A DNA stretch of 61,775 nt, the filler included, from Choristocarpus tenellus KU-1152 (Eukaryota; Protista; Phaeophyceae): assembly GCA_964200185.2 (NCBI GenBank). It is 12 parts of 12 records of this genome, joined end to end, with 100 filler letters (N's around TTAATTAATTAA, not from the genome) between each part and the next. Parts side by side here need not be neighbours in the genome. Positions count along the whole stretch, not along the records: positions 1 to 10,101 come from CAXNAD020003153.1; positions 10,202 to 16,748 come from CAXNAD020007887.1; 10 more parts are not named here. One strand, written 5' to 3'. Numbering within the stretch: the stretch's first letter is position 1; each line of letters begins with the position of its first letter. Shown in pieces: positions 1 to 12,891 of the stretch. The translations under genes and the position numbers were made by a program. The notes beneath the pieces were generated by a model that worked only from the letters and a program-made list of their open reading frames with translations, was not told the origin of the DNA and ran no database searches.

Positions 1-695
1 ACAAAGGTGGGGGGGGGGATAGGGAGTAGTGGGGGGGGGACGTAAGGCCATGGGGGTGGTGGGGTGTGAACATAGCCCCTAGAATGGCAATGAGTAGTGA
101 AGCCTTTTGTTTGAGCAGGCAATTGACCAGCATTTCAGTGTAGCATATCAGGTGATGTGACCAGAAAATTGAAAGTATCTCATATTAATGGCAGGGTGTT
201 AAACTCCCCTGCCCATAGGGTGTTCCCTGAGAACTTCAGCCTGGTAGTATTTTCATGCTTTGTAAACTGGAGGATAGGGTGTATTGGGTTTCTTGCTATA
301 TAAGCTTGGAGTCTCAGTATCCCATGCGGGGGATTATGGATCTGGACGCTCCATATCCTGATTCAATGGCTTTTGCTTGGTTGTGTGACACTCTCTGTGA
401 GTTGCCATTAGATGATAGATGGGAAATAGGACAAAATCAAAGAGAACTCTCTTACATGATGCCAACTGATTGATGTGTGTGGTAGAGCACAGGTGGTACA
501 AATAACAATATTTCTAAGTGAGGGCTTTCTAGGTTGGGCGATTTGTCGTCTTCTCCATATTTAATCCCCTTACTGGCTGATGAAGTATCATTAACTCCTC
601 AAGCGTAGAGTATTGGACTGGGCTGCTCACCACTACTTGGCCCATTCCCATAACCCCAACCCCAACCTATTTTCATGAATGTTCACCCTGCACAG

Positions 696-3600
696 GAGCT
701 GCCTCTGGAGCAAAAGAGGGACGGAAGCCTTACTTCTGAGGAACAAAAGTTAGTAAAGGGATGCATCAGTATTCGGGTCGCTCCAGCAACAATGGATGCT
801 GTGAATCTAATTCAGGAAAGGCTGGACACACGCAAGGTCTTCCTTGAGGTATGAAAAACAAAAGTTAGTGTTGCTCAGCTCTGTGCTAGTCACAGTGTGT
901 GAATGCAGATGTCCCTGGGGATCAATTTTATGAGCAAAATGACTATTTCGTTTTTTTCCCAAATACTGTGGGCAGCATTGGTGACTGAAGGACAGGTGTT
1001 GCCGTTTCAGGTTTTGTGGAGCCAGGTGAAAGATAGACTTGAGAATGAAGAAGATGAGCACGTTTTCCCATTTTTTTCATTCAATATAGGGAGGGGACTG
1101 GTTCATGTATAATGTAAGAATTGAAGACACTGCAGGATGTTGGGTACTCAGTATATATGTTTGGCTATGTCAACTTGCGTTCGCACAATGAAACGACTTT
1201 TTAACTGGGTAGGGAGGTTTTACAGTCACTTTCAAGCGGTTTATTTTGGAAAGCTGAACAAGCCCTTACATCCTAATTTGTTCAAGCATTGTCAAAGAAG
1301 CTGCTATTTCCCAAGACTTGTGGAGAGGAGGAGCGAGAGATAGTACACCTATCAATAAGATGAACTCTGCTATAACAACCATTCACTACATATTGCTACC
1401 AAGTCACGCAGTTTATCCCCCTTTGACAGTTGATCACTGGTCAATCTTTTCTATACACAGAGTCATCCTCGCATAGAACCACTTTAAACGAAAAATCATC
1501 AACTCATGCTCATCTCCTTTCTACTAAATACAATCATACTTGCATATAGTTTGACTATTATCAGTCTCTCACACTAGCCTTCACTTCACAAGATTTAAGG
1601 CATAAATTTTCAAAAAGCACGACAAAAGCTCTATCATAGCAGCCTTACATAAATCTCATACAAGACCTTCTGTCTTGCACCTATCACGTCACCCAATAAA
1701 AAACCCTCATTCAATGGATGAATGTTCTCTATGGCATCATGGAAGGATGTGATGTGTATTGGAGCACTCCAATATTTTAACACACAAACATGAACGAAGA
1801 AGGGAAATTTCGAGCATCTAATTGAAATCTCTTAAGGATGCACTCAACATGTTCAATATACAATATGCATGTTGCACAACTACATCCACATGACATAGGG
1901 TAAACAAAAAAACGATTGGATTACTCGTAGGTATCAATCTTGGAGGTGCGCGGACTTGCTCAAGAATATGCTGAGCCTTTTGCATCCCTGCACCTGGATG
2001 GGGTGGAGATTGGACATACACCAGTAAGTGCTTGATCTGGACCTTTTACATATAAAGATATTGAAACTGACACAGCTTGCCAGGATGGGAGTACTGGTAA
2101 ATGGTAAAGACTTTTCATGTATACTGGGTAATGAGGAGGTGAAGCCGACCTGGGGAGACATTTGATGGTTCAGTTGTTCAAATTATTGAAATAGATTGAT
2201 TAATGCAAGGTAGGTGCATAGTTGAAATGAGTGAGTGAGATCTACTGCTATAATAAATGCACTTTGAAGTAGTCAATATCTTTAGGAATCCAAATCATCT
2301 TTCTTGGTGTGCACAAATTATCTGAAGTTGTGATTAGGATGAATCCTTCTGAGGAAAGGATCAGGAGGAGGTAATGAGGCAAAGACAGCAAGGTTTAAGG
2401 GGTAAGATTGAGGGAGAACAAAGCAATAGCCGTCCAGCATCCCAGATTATATGACTTCCTGGAGCCTTTCACGACTATTTTCGAGTCAAATCATTGACAT
2501 ACACGATGTGACCTTCTGTAAATCGTTTTGGGTATTTCCCACTGAACCAGACTTGTTCCCTTTTCCACTATTGGCATGAACATAAATGCAGCTCTAGAGT
2601 ACATGGTGGATACGTGAATTTGCAGTAATAAACTATAGAGCAAAGCACTGCCACCTGCCTGTGATCTTAGATTCAGTCCCCCCTCCACCAACATTGTGTT
2701 CCAGTCCATGACAAACACAGATAACCCGGTGTGGATGGAGACCTTTTATGTGGAAGTGATGCATAGCAAGCTCTATATTTGCAAGGAAGCACACCTCAGC
2801 ATCAATGTTTGGGATAATGTAAGTGGGTGGAGAAAAAACAAGCGAGAGGCAGTGGGTACTCCGGTCTGTTCCTTCCCTCCACTTTCCTATCCTATTCTCA
2901 CTTAACTTTCTCATCTAGCCTTATTGTGAAAGGGAGATTAGTATCATTGATGGTCATAGACCGACTATCAAGGAAACTTGTATGTCACCCTCCATCTGCG
3001 TCACCATGCAATGCATGCCTGCAAAAGGAAAAATGAGTTTTTGGATTGTAGTTGAAGAAGTTACTATTGTTTCAAACCTATCATAATGTCTGAGATCCAT
3101 GCAGAAGACCAGTAGGTGCAACACAAGATTACTTTTTTCAATTGCTTATTTCTTCTAGGCTTTCCTAGAGTTGTTCCTTCATAATTCGGTCCAGTCCCCC
3201 CTCATATTCTTCAACATCAACAACACTTGGTACTGCAACTCCTACTTCTTTGAAGCATTTGTCTCCAATAAAACCACCTCTGTCACCAGCACACACATAA
3301 CATATTCCAACTCATGCTGTTTCCAACCCCACCTCTAACCGCTTAGGAAACATCACACCCTGCTCTTTACAGGGATCATTGTTGGGTCAACTGCCCCTTT
3401 GTTGCGCAGAGATTATAAACCTCATCTCAAATGTCCAGGAGAACTCTGGGAACTGTCAGTCTTCTGGACTTGGGGAAAAGGTGCAAGAGCGGAGCTTCTT
3501 GCATGGGGGTGAGAGACGAGCATTTAGCCGCTTGGAGTTTGAATCACTACCAGACCTATACTTTTTCCTGTTCAAACAAATCCATTGTGTTTTCATTAGA

Positions 3601-6600
3601 TTGGTGTTGGGTGGACTACATGAATACTCTACTTCCTCGTTTTTTTCCATGCAGCGGGTCTGTCTAAGCTTGTGTTTCTTGTAGACATGTTTTTCTCCCA
3701 ATATATGCAGCACTCTTGGATACAAAATCTGACCACCCCTGGGCTCTAGGAGGCACCCTGGTGCTGCACTTTGTTTTCAAGAGTATATCACAGTTCTCTA
3801 CTCACAACATAATCAAAGTTGTGTGTTTGCAAATATTTTCTGAGGGGTATGCTTCAAACAAGTGATGCGATCATATTTATCTAAAAGGTATGTATCTACC
3901 TGCCGCAGAGTCTACTGGATGATCATTGTGGGATGGCCCCTTGTGAGCATGGAGAAGGTCCAGTTCCCCAATTTATCATACCACAATATTTACTTCTTAA
4001 GGAGCAATCTTGCCCGTTAAATCCTAACGCAGCATGTTTATACTTGGGGTTTACCTTTAGTTCTAGAAACAGAGCACGAAACTCAACACCAAATCAACGA
4101 CAAGGAACAAAAGGAGGCAGTTGAACAGTGTTATCCCAAACAAAATCTATTTCTGTTTTTCTGCGACCCAAGGCATGGTTCATACTTGTTTTATTCTAGA
4201 GTTTTATTTGGACTCATACCTTAATCCTTGCCAAGATCCAAGCTCCAAGCTTGCAGAGAGAACATCAAAGGAGAGCTGAAATTGCACTAAGTCATATTTC
4301 CGACCCAAACCTGTGCCATTACCACACCCTTGTTGTGTCCCAACCTAGACCTTTTCCCCACCCAGCAACTAGTTCGACAGGTGCAGGTGTTTGTGGGACT
4401 GTGTATTTCACCCTCCGAAGGATACCAACAGAAGAATGGAGGGCAATGGGGGGAGGGAGAGCGCAACAGGTGGAGGGCGCCCAGGGAAGAAAGCTCCTTG
4501 GAGGGAGAGCAGTACAATTTGACAGGAAGATCAGGATAACCGTCATCCGTGCTTCTGGACTAGCAGAGGTAGCTTCTAGGTGTTGCAACAGCCATGCTTC
4601 TTAATGCTACAATATTGCTTATAGGAAATAAAAGCAATAGTGTATGCCCAAGTTCAAACCCCCTACCACCTTCACAATGCTCTTACCACCCCCTCATTCT
4701 CCTACCAGGCAAACTCGTCCGGATCGTCACATCCTTTTTGTGTTGTACGCCTTGGTGGGCAAGTGGTTGGTCAAACGACAACAGTTTATGCCTCTCTCGA
4801 CCCATGTTGGGGGGAGGTGAGTTATGGGTCAGTAAGGATGGCTCATGAGTAAGATTGCCAGGGGAATAGAGTTTTCAGTGCTCTGTCCTCGCCCAGCCTT
4901 CTACCACCTGGCTCTGGTGTAAGTCCCAGTGTAGGTGCTATATCGACACTTGTGGACATAGGGTTGTGACTTGAGACTAACTCATAGTGACTGTCTACAC
5001 TGAGGTGCTTCTAGGGAGTGGATCGTATATACATATATTTTTGTGAGAGTGAGAGGACCCACTTAAGCAGGATTGAATATGACCGACCCTTCCACAAAAG
5101 CACTGTGAATCTCTCGTGGTATACCGAAACAATGGCACAATATACAGGGTATGCACTGCCTTCCACATACTTCCACTGAGCCAAAGTAAATGAGAGGTAC
5201 CCAGGTTTTGTCCGTTTTGCATTTTAAGCCGAATTTTTCATCTCTTTCAACTCGCCCTTATTTCTACGAATGAAGTACTTGGATTGTCTTGCGAGCATTG
5301 ATATGTATAGTTGAAAATTTTGGACAGGAGTCTGAAAATTCCTAAACTCCTTTGTACAAAATGCCTAATTCACACATATTTTTTTGATACCCTTACAATG
5401 CAACCCTGAGTACCTCTTGTTTACTTGGACTAATTATTTCAGAAAGAGATCCTGTGCTGAAGAAAGAAGCTCTGAACCTTAACCACAGATAGCTGCACAG
5501 GACCGCTCTACCCCAATCCAATAAATGAAGTCTGTCTTTCATCCATTGCAACTCTGTGATGAGGGTATAGTCGAAGTCCTGAACAACTACTTTGTTCCTC
5601 CCCTTATCGTCATGTCTACTTTTATACTTACTAAATACTACGCATGAAGACCCAAAGCATTTAAGAGGGTAGGAGTTTTGCCCTGTTTGTCCATTCGGGC
5701 TTGACTTACCACCAGTTTTTTATGCCCTTTTTCGACTTTCTGTATGAACGCAGTTACCAAAAATGTATACAGCTATCAAAGGTGTATCTTGAGCAAGGAT
5801 ACTGACACGTGCAAAAAAACACGATAGCCAATAACAATCAAAATCACAACATTGGACTTATGACCCCAAGCAAACTCAGCCCTACCCTCCTAAATGCTTT
5901 GGGTCTGGGGTAGGAAATTAAAGCATATACTATATTGTTACCTTGGGAACTGGGCGATCACTTCTTGTCACCCTCACAAGACAACTGCAAATCCGAAGTC
6001 TGGATCTTGATGAGACAAATTACCCTTTGGATGCAACACCCTTTTTTCACAGTGTCATTGCAACCACACATCTCTATATTCCCACTCACCCTTGAAACAA
6101 ATTAATCTCGTCTCCACCTGTGTCCTATTCCTGCTTTGCCGATATTTGTTTTCCTTCTGCTATGTGCTTGTAGAGCTTCTTGTGTCCAATCCCACACCCC
6201 AGAGAGGTATCTGCTGGCAGAGGAGATATGGTTATAGAAATATTTGATGAGGATTTTGGCGAAGCAAGTGATTTCCTGGGGCAGGTGCGAAAATTGATAC
6301 GGAGATGAGGTTGAACTTAGGAGAGGGGTTTACTGCTGAGAATAACCACCTTGGTCAAAGGAAGTCAATCCCACCTCCCCTCTGGGATGTGCTTCAAAGC
6401 ATGTCCATAACCCAAATATCAAGTGTAATAGTGTAAGAATACGACAATTGGCACAACTGTGAAGGAGCGCCACCACTTGGGAGGTTAAGTTGTAATTGTA
6501 TCAAATGCATGGAGGAGAGAGGGGGCTAGCCTTGTCATATTAGCACATGTTAGAATTGGATTTGGGATATCTCTGAGAAATAGAGGGGTTAGCATTACAG

Positions 6601-9600
6601 TTGTTGTGAACTTGGGGTGTAGATAGGAGTTCTATTTGGAGGAGGGGAGGGCATAACAATCACATTCTGAAGCAGGCCAGTCACATTGTGGAGGTGGGGC
6701 CTTGCCTAATGTAGAGGGCACAGGTGTAGTGATTCTAGGTTAAAGGCAAAGTGCAGTAAAGAGATAATTTGGATGGGATCAAAATGTGATTGTTTCAAAC
6801 TCAGTGCTTAAAAGAGGACAACTTACAGACTCAAGTACAAGGGTTTGGGGGGCACCTCGATAATCAGGGTGATGTAGCTGTTTGAACAAAAAAGGTACTC
6901 CAAGGTGTGTTGCTTCTGCAAGCACCATAATTGGACTAGATAAACTTCCTCGCTTAACTTGGAAGATATATGAGATTGCACCCTAAAGTGATGTTTACTT
7001 AAGAAAAATCTAAAGTGCAACCACCTCCCAACCTTTACATCTTTCCATTCTTTTCCATGCCCCTCTAATGACATGGATAAGTGCCCTCTCAAATAAAAGC
7101 AAATTGATAGTAGCCCTCGTCCTTCCTTTCTATCTCTCTCCCTCTCTCTCTCTCCCCCCCTCTCTCTCCCTCTATCATTCTCTCTAACCCTTAAACTCTC
7201 ACATACTACAAAGTACAGAGTACTTTGTGGAATGCTCGAAATCCATCTGCATCCTGACACTTCAGCGCTTTTAACCCTTTTCAAGTTTGGTTGATCAATT
7301 CCTCAATCCGAAATTTGATGCCCATTTCCCCTCCTAATAAACAGAAAACAGGTACCCCACTCGAAATAATAGATCACTTCACCTCTATACAATTTTACAA
7401 CCAACAACAATTGATGGGCAGGTGGTGGTTTCAGGAAGACAACTTCTCTCATTCCACCGTAAAGGTACCTACAGAGATGCAGAAGTGCTGAAGGAAGAGG
7501 CATTTCTTGAAACGAAGCCTGCTGCTGAGGTACGGTGACAAGCAAGATAAAAGAAGGGGTAAAACACTTGGACTCAATGTCCATGCAAGGTCAAATTGAT
7601 TCACAAATGGACCAAGATAATTCTGAATAGTCCTGACAGTCGCTGCCACATTCCCTCCTGCTCTGGATCCAAGATGCTGTGCAGTTATTAATACCCGACG
7701 CTGTTGTGATAACTGCCCATGTGCATGATCTCATTAATGATATTCAGAAGTCTTCCTTTATACTGTTCTCCCCACCTTTCTTTACTTTCTCGACCCTCTT
7801 GAATCCTATATATTGCTATTAATACCACCTGTTTCCCTTGTTGTTTTTGTTCTTATTTCCTCAATCAAAGTGAGGATGCTTTGAGTTGCCTGACCCCTGT
7901 CTTGACAATGGCCACAGATGTCCCTCAGGGACCAGTGGATTGTGCAAGGTGTCTTAGTCTATTCAATTGAGGGTGTAGACCCAGGAGACGAGGCTGTCAC
8001 AGATATTGTGACAGGAAAAAATGAAAGAAGGAGGAACTTGCAGGTGCACAATGGATAGAAGTATGGGGACAACAGGGATATATAAGTTGCTTCCAATCTA
8101 AGAGTGTTAGAGTTACTGAGAACAACATTGTATTAAATCAAGCTGTCGACTAGAGGATGCACTTCAAACTAAACATTCAGCTGCACACGGTAGATAGCAC
8201 ATGAAGCTCTACATCAAAGAGTTGACTTTGGAGTTTGGCATTATTTTATTCTGTGTACAGAGTACTCCAAAGTGCTGGGTGATTTGTGCACCAACCAATA
8301 TCAGTAACTCACACTTCAGGAAATGTCGCTTAATGTTTTATGAACTGGTTTGTCGGAAGGTATGTAGGTTGGCTGAAACTTGTTTACTACTAGTACAATA
8401 TGTATTGCTGCTGTGCTCTTACCCACTTGCCATACACTTCGGACAATTCTTGATGTTTTTCAGTTCATATGTGTCGATACACCTTACACTTGGCCCTCTT
8501 TCTTCCTCTGCATGTTTTAGTGCTCCAGTTCATAAGTTATTCACTCTATTCTTATGGTACACTCATTTGTTGGGGCTTTTCTCAAATCTTTCTTCTCTGA
8601 CCTGGCAGAGAACAAAATTCCTCCAGCTGGAGGTGAGGATAATGGAGGCCCATGGACTGGCAAAGGCGGATAGGTTCAGTGTCTCCCATCCCTATGTTGC
8701 ACTCTATGTCAATGGGGACAAACAAGTGAGACGAGGATGTTGCTTGGGTTAAAAAAAAGCAACCAAAGTTTTCAAGGTCTGACCCAAAAACATTTAAGAG
8801 AGTAGGGCCCAGTCGGTTTGGGGTAATAAACCCAATGTTGCGATTTTGATGAATTTTGGCTATTTTGTTTGTTGGCAAGTGTCAACATCCTTGCTCCAGA
8901 CACACCTTTCATAGCCATATGCATTTTTAGGTAACTGTGTTCACACAGAAAACCGAAAAAGGGCATAAAAAAATGGCGGGAAGCCAAGCCCCAAACAGAC
9001 AAACAGGGCAAAACTCCTACCTTCTTAAATACTTTGACTTATCCGCCAGTAGTGTAGAAGCTTTACCCCACTGAATATGAGGTCCTGGGTATTTACCGGA
9101 ACCTAGAGCAAATGTATGCCACATTGATATTATCTGTAGATGGACATGAAGTGACATCTAAAAATCGAAAATATAAGCAAAACCCTGCACGACACTGAAT
9201 TCCTTGGTGTTGCAGTAATTCCCTACCCCTGACAACCTGTGCCGTAAGATTCCACTTCAACGCTTCATTAGAGACTTTTCTCGTTAAATCACTTGCCTCC
9301 TTCTGGCTTACATATGGTCAAATACGATATGTTCACTCCAACTCAAACCCCTTAGCCTTACACTCCCTGCACCCTCTCTCAGTTTGAATGTCTGAATCAA
9401 ATCTAGTCTCTGTCTCTCCCTTTTCTCACAGCACTTTGAGCGAGCCGAAACCCCTAAACCACTACTGCTTCAAAAATACACTGATGACTGGCAACAATGT
9501 TGAGACAGCTGGGACGCACTCGGGCAATAGATTTAACGTTGGATCCTGTGTGGAAAGATCCAGAGGAACGAATTGTGGTGCCTGTGGGACTGGATGACAC

Positions 9601-9670
9601 TGTTGATTGCTTGCTCACACTGGAATTGTGGGATGAAGATGATCTCAACCAGGGAGACTTTCTTGGTCAG
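696..9670 (+). CDS. Multi-C2-domain protein (partial at both ends; >=3 C2 domains), 11 exons
   Basis: Exons with AG/GT borders: 696-848, 1931-2023, 2705-2818, 3373-3480, 4236-4568, 4709-4816, 6174-6284, 7422-7529, 7918-8043, 8609-8725, 9509-9670. They join in frame into C2 motifs: VSILEVRGL..EPFASLHLDGVEIGHTP|SMTNTDNPVWMETF..INVWDN|GSLLGQ; ITVIRASGLAE|ANSSGSSHPFCVV..GQTTTVYASLDPCWGE|..IEIFDEDFGEASDFLGQ; VRIMEAHGLAKADRFSVSHPYV..|LGRTRAIDLTLDPVW..LELWDEDDLNQGDFLGQ. Confidence 0.88.
5178..5431. mobile_element. MITE in C2-gene intron, related family (GAGCCAAAGTAAA terminus)
   Basis: Left GAGCCAAAGTAAATGAGAGGTACCCAGG and right CCTGAGTACCTCTTGTTTACTTGGAC form imperfect terminal inverted repeats ~250 bp apart. 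No TSD seen. Confidence 0.6.
5649..5905 (+). mobile_element. MITE copy (main family) in C2-gene intron
   Basis: TIRs GACCCAAAGCATTTAAGAGGGTAGG ... CCTACCCTCCTAAATGCTTTGGGTC. Internal sequence matches copies at 8781, 40228 and 47496. Confidence 0.8.
8781..9040 (-). mobile_element. MITE copy (main family), opposite orientation
   Basis: GACCCAAAAACATTTAAGAGAGTAGG ... GGCAAAACTCCTACCTTCTTAAATACTTTGACTT. Internal sequence is the reverse complement of the 5649 copy. Confidence 0.78.
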
Positions 9671-10101
9671 GTAATGACTGAGAGACAGGTGTTGCGATCA
9701 GTTAGAAGTAGATTTGTAAAGTCGCAATGTTGAAAGGTGGGACAGCTCAAGGTATGGTTGGGTAGATTGCTTGACTGTTGTTGATGTGCACACGATGTAA
9801 CTTCTGCATTGCTGAAGGTACTGAACTTTGTGTAAGGATGAGTGGGTTTCCTTGTTGACCCTCTACTCAATCACACTCACTGTCACCCGCAGTGTGTGTG
9901 CAGTGCCCATGTCATTCACATCATTTTGAGGGTGCTGGCTTGGGGTATGGGAAGAATGATTTTGGTTGTGCTGCCAATTTCCAAACTACAGCAGAGAGAA
10001 ACTCTCCGACTTTCTACTTGTTTGGGTAGCCGTTGACACGTTACTTGAAGCCTGTGACATATGTTATGCACTCTGTGTCCCATGTGCCCTCCTGCCCCCC
10101 T

Positions 10102-10201
10102 NNNNNNNNNNNNNNNNNNNNNNNNNNNNNNNNNNNNNNNNNNNNTTAATTAATTAANNNNNNNNNNNNNNNNNNNNNNNNNNNNNNNNNNNNNNNNNNN
10201 N
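10102..10201. other. Artificial contig-joining spacer (N44-TTAATTAATTAA-N44)
   Basis: Identical 100-bp spacers with stops in all frames also at 16749-16848, 20211-20310, 23103-23202, 28103-28202, 33965-34064, 41194-41293, 43963-44062, 49739-49838, 52442-52541, 59118-59217. Confidence 0.97.
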
Positions 10202-12891
10202 GTCGCTTCCAAATCGTAGCGGTGCCCTCCACAAGCACCGAAATAGTTTTTGAACAACAATATATCCCGTTCAAAAAGGGGACCTTAAAAAGGGCCGCAA
10301 CATTCACGAAAAAAAACATATCGACACTTTTACTTGGACAATTTTGGGTGAAACCCATCCTCCATAGTATGCTCCATCCTCAATTTCGCTGAGAGGCTGT
10401 TGCATAGTATGCTTCATCCTCAATTTTGGTGATAGCCTATTCTATCCATCACAATTTTGTGAGCTACAGAAAAAGTCTCCTTGCCCAACTCCAGTTTTTT
10501 GTTTTCTCGCCCACTTCAGGAAAGTGAACATTGAATAGTGCACCAAGGGTACATCACGATTTGGAAAGAAACATAAAAAAATGTGGTGGCTACGATTGTT
10601 AAACTGTCTGCGGTATCCATCATGTACGCTCATCCGTTTTAGGGTGTGATGTATACACCCTCCTGATTCGCCGATCATTAATACATGGCACGTGGGAATC
10701 ACCAAAGAGTTGTCAACATCGGTGTTGCACCGATTATCAGGTAGTACCTACCTTTAATTTCTTAAACTCCCTGCTGATTTTGTGGATGAATCAGATGAAC
10801 TATACACTTCCTACCTTCCATCAACCTATCCTCATAGACAACAGATGAAAATAGTGCTTCTATACGTTGACAGTTTAACAATAGTCCCTCTCTATTAATG
10901 TCCATTCTGAGAGGTACTGGATGTGACGCACCCCATTATTTTGTACTCAATATATATATTTCGCAAGTTGATTACTTCAAGTACCCAACTGTAATAAATT
11001 ATACGTCATGTACAACCTACACCCTTGTGACATGTTTGATATTTTTCTCTTTTCCTTGGAAAATCAGTTATTTTTGTAATGATGTCATGCAAATTTACAA
11101 TATCTTAGTCCTTGTAAAACAACGGCAAGTCCATGTGTTCATCAGCAGGAGTCTTTGCCCTCACTGCGCATGCCACTGGTAAGCCTTTGCAGAGAAAACC
11201 GATGACAGTACCTCTTTGTCTCTATCATTTAGAACAGTAAATGCTAAACTTCCAGACAACCAGAAGTTTTGGTCTCAAGATCGATCGATTATAGATGGAA
11301 ATATTGTTTTTGAAAGAAATGGCAGCAACCTAGAACATAATCAAAAAGTAGGACATTACCAAAGACGGTTGACATCCTTTGAGTGAAAAAGTAATATTAT
11401 CATGATGACAAAATAAATTAATGTGGAATACATGATCACTGCAGTAACAAAATTCGCTAGCTCTGGGGCACAAAACACACCAACTAAAGAGCTTTTTCAA
11501 AGCCCTGAGCGTAGTGCTGTGCAAACAAAAATCAAATATTACCACAACCAAAAATGCAAATACCTTTACATTTCAATTCGATAACAAGGGCAGCTAGCTT
11601 GGGGGCGAGAGAGCAAGGGCAGGAATGGCCGCTAATACTACGGACTGCTGACAGATGGGACCACATCTAAATAGCCTCTCTGTCAGTACCACCACTGCAA
11701 CTGATCTAGCCTGCACATGCACTCTCTTCTTTTGTTTTGAAGTATCTGTCGTAGCAGAAGATGCAAACACCAATCTTTTAAGGCACATCAAAAAATGAAA
11801 TAATTCCACAAAGTGAAAACATGTAGATTGGGAAAGGGAAGTAGACCATCTCAGCTGTATGGCCATGGGTGTCTTTCGATTGCAACAACTATACTCATCT
11901 CTTGTGCAAACTTGAGAAAACCTAAAAATTCAATTGAGACGACAGTAACACCATCGCACACCCCACCATGCACCAATGAGTCTCGCTTAAGAACATACAA
12001 TATGCATGATGGAGAGGGAGGTTTGGGGGAGGGTGAAAAAAAATGCACTTGCGAAGGAATACTACATACACAGTTCACACCTTAGTACACATTAGCCAAG
12101 GCAACCGACCCTGCCCAATACAGTAGTGTTCAGGTATACATGTGCCAAGTGTATTATCACCAACAGTGTAGAAACAACAATAAATAAAAATATTAGATCC
12201 CCAGGCACGCACCATACTACAGGATGCCGTGACAATGGAGTCATGCTTGCTCCAGCGAGAGCCACAAAAAGACAGCAGTAACTAACATCAACATAGCCTA
12301 GGATTCCTACATCAACATAACCCTAACCCTGACTAAGGTCCAACTGCAACTGCATCCTGATGTGGATTTAATCTCCCTTCTTTTGTTTTAGTTGCATGCA
12401 AATGGAATAGTGTAAGTATAAAATGATTTAAAAATATCTCTCTGTTGGGAGAACAAAAAGGGGGCGGGCTGGGGAAGACCCTATCGCACAATATAGTCAC
12501 ATAAACAACAAAAGCTCCCTGATATTTCCAGGGCGAATGGATTAGGATGGGGTGTGAAAGGGGACAATGTTTGAAGGTTCAAAAGATCAAACTAACAGGA
12601 ATACAAAGACCACAACCGGACAACATGACCCCATGCCCTTCTGCCACACCAGCAGCAAGTGCTCTGTGGCTGCTCGCACGAGGTGCACAATTCAGTGCCA
12701 TAACTCCATCAGAAAAAAAACTCCAACTGGCCTTACAGCACAGTGAGTATTTTCGTGTTCCTCAAGGCAAGTTAACACCCCCAAAGAATAAAAGCAAAAA
12801 GAAATCAATCACAAGTAAATACTCCCTCAAAACAAAAATTACCAAAATTAAACCAAGTCGGCTGGCATGAATTCAAAAACATATCAAGTGA

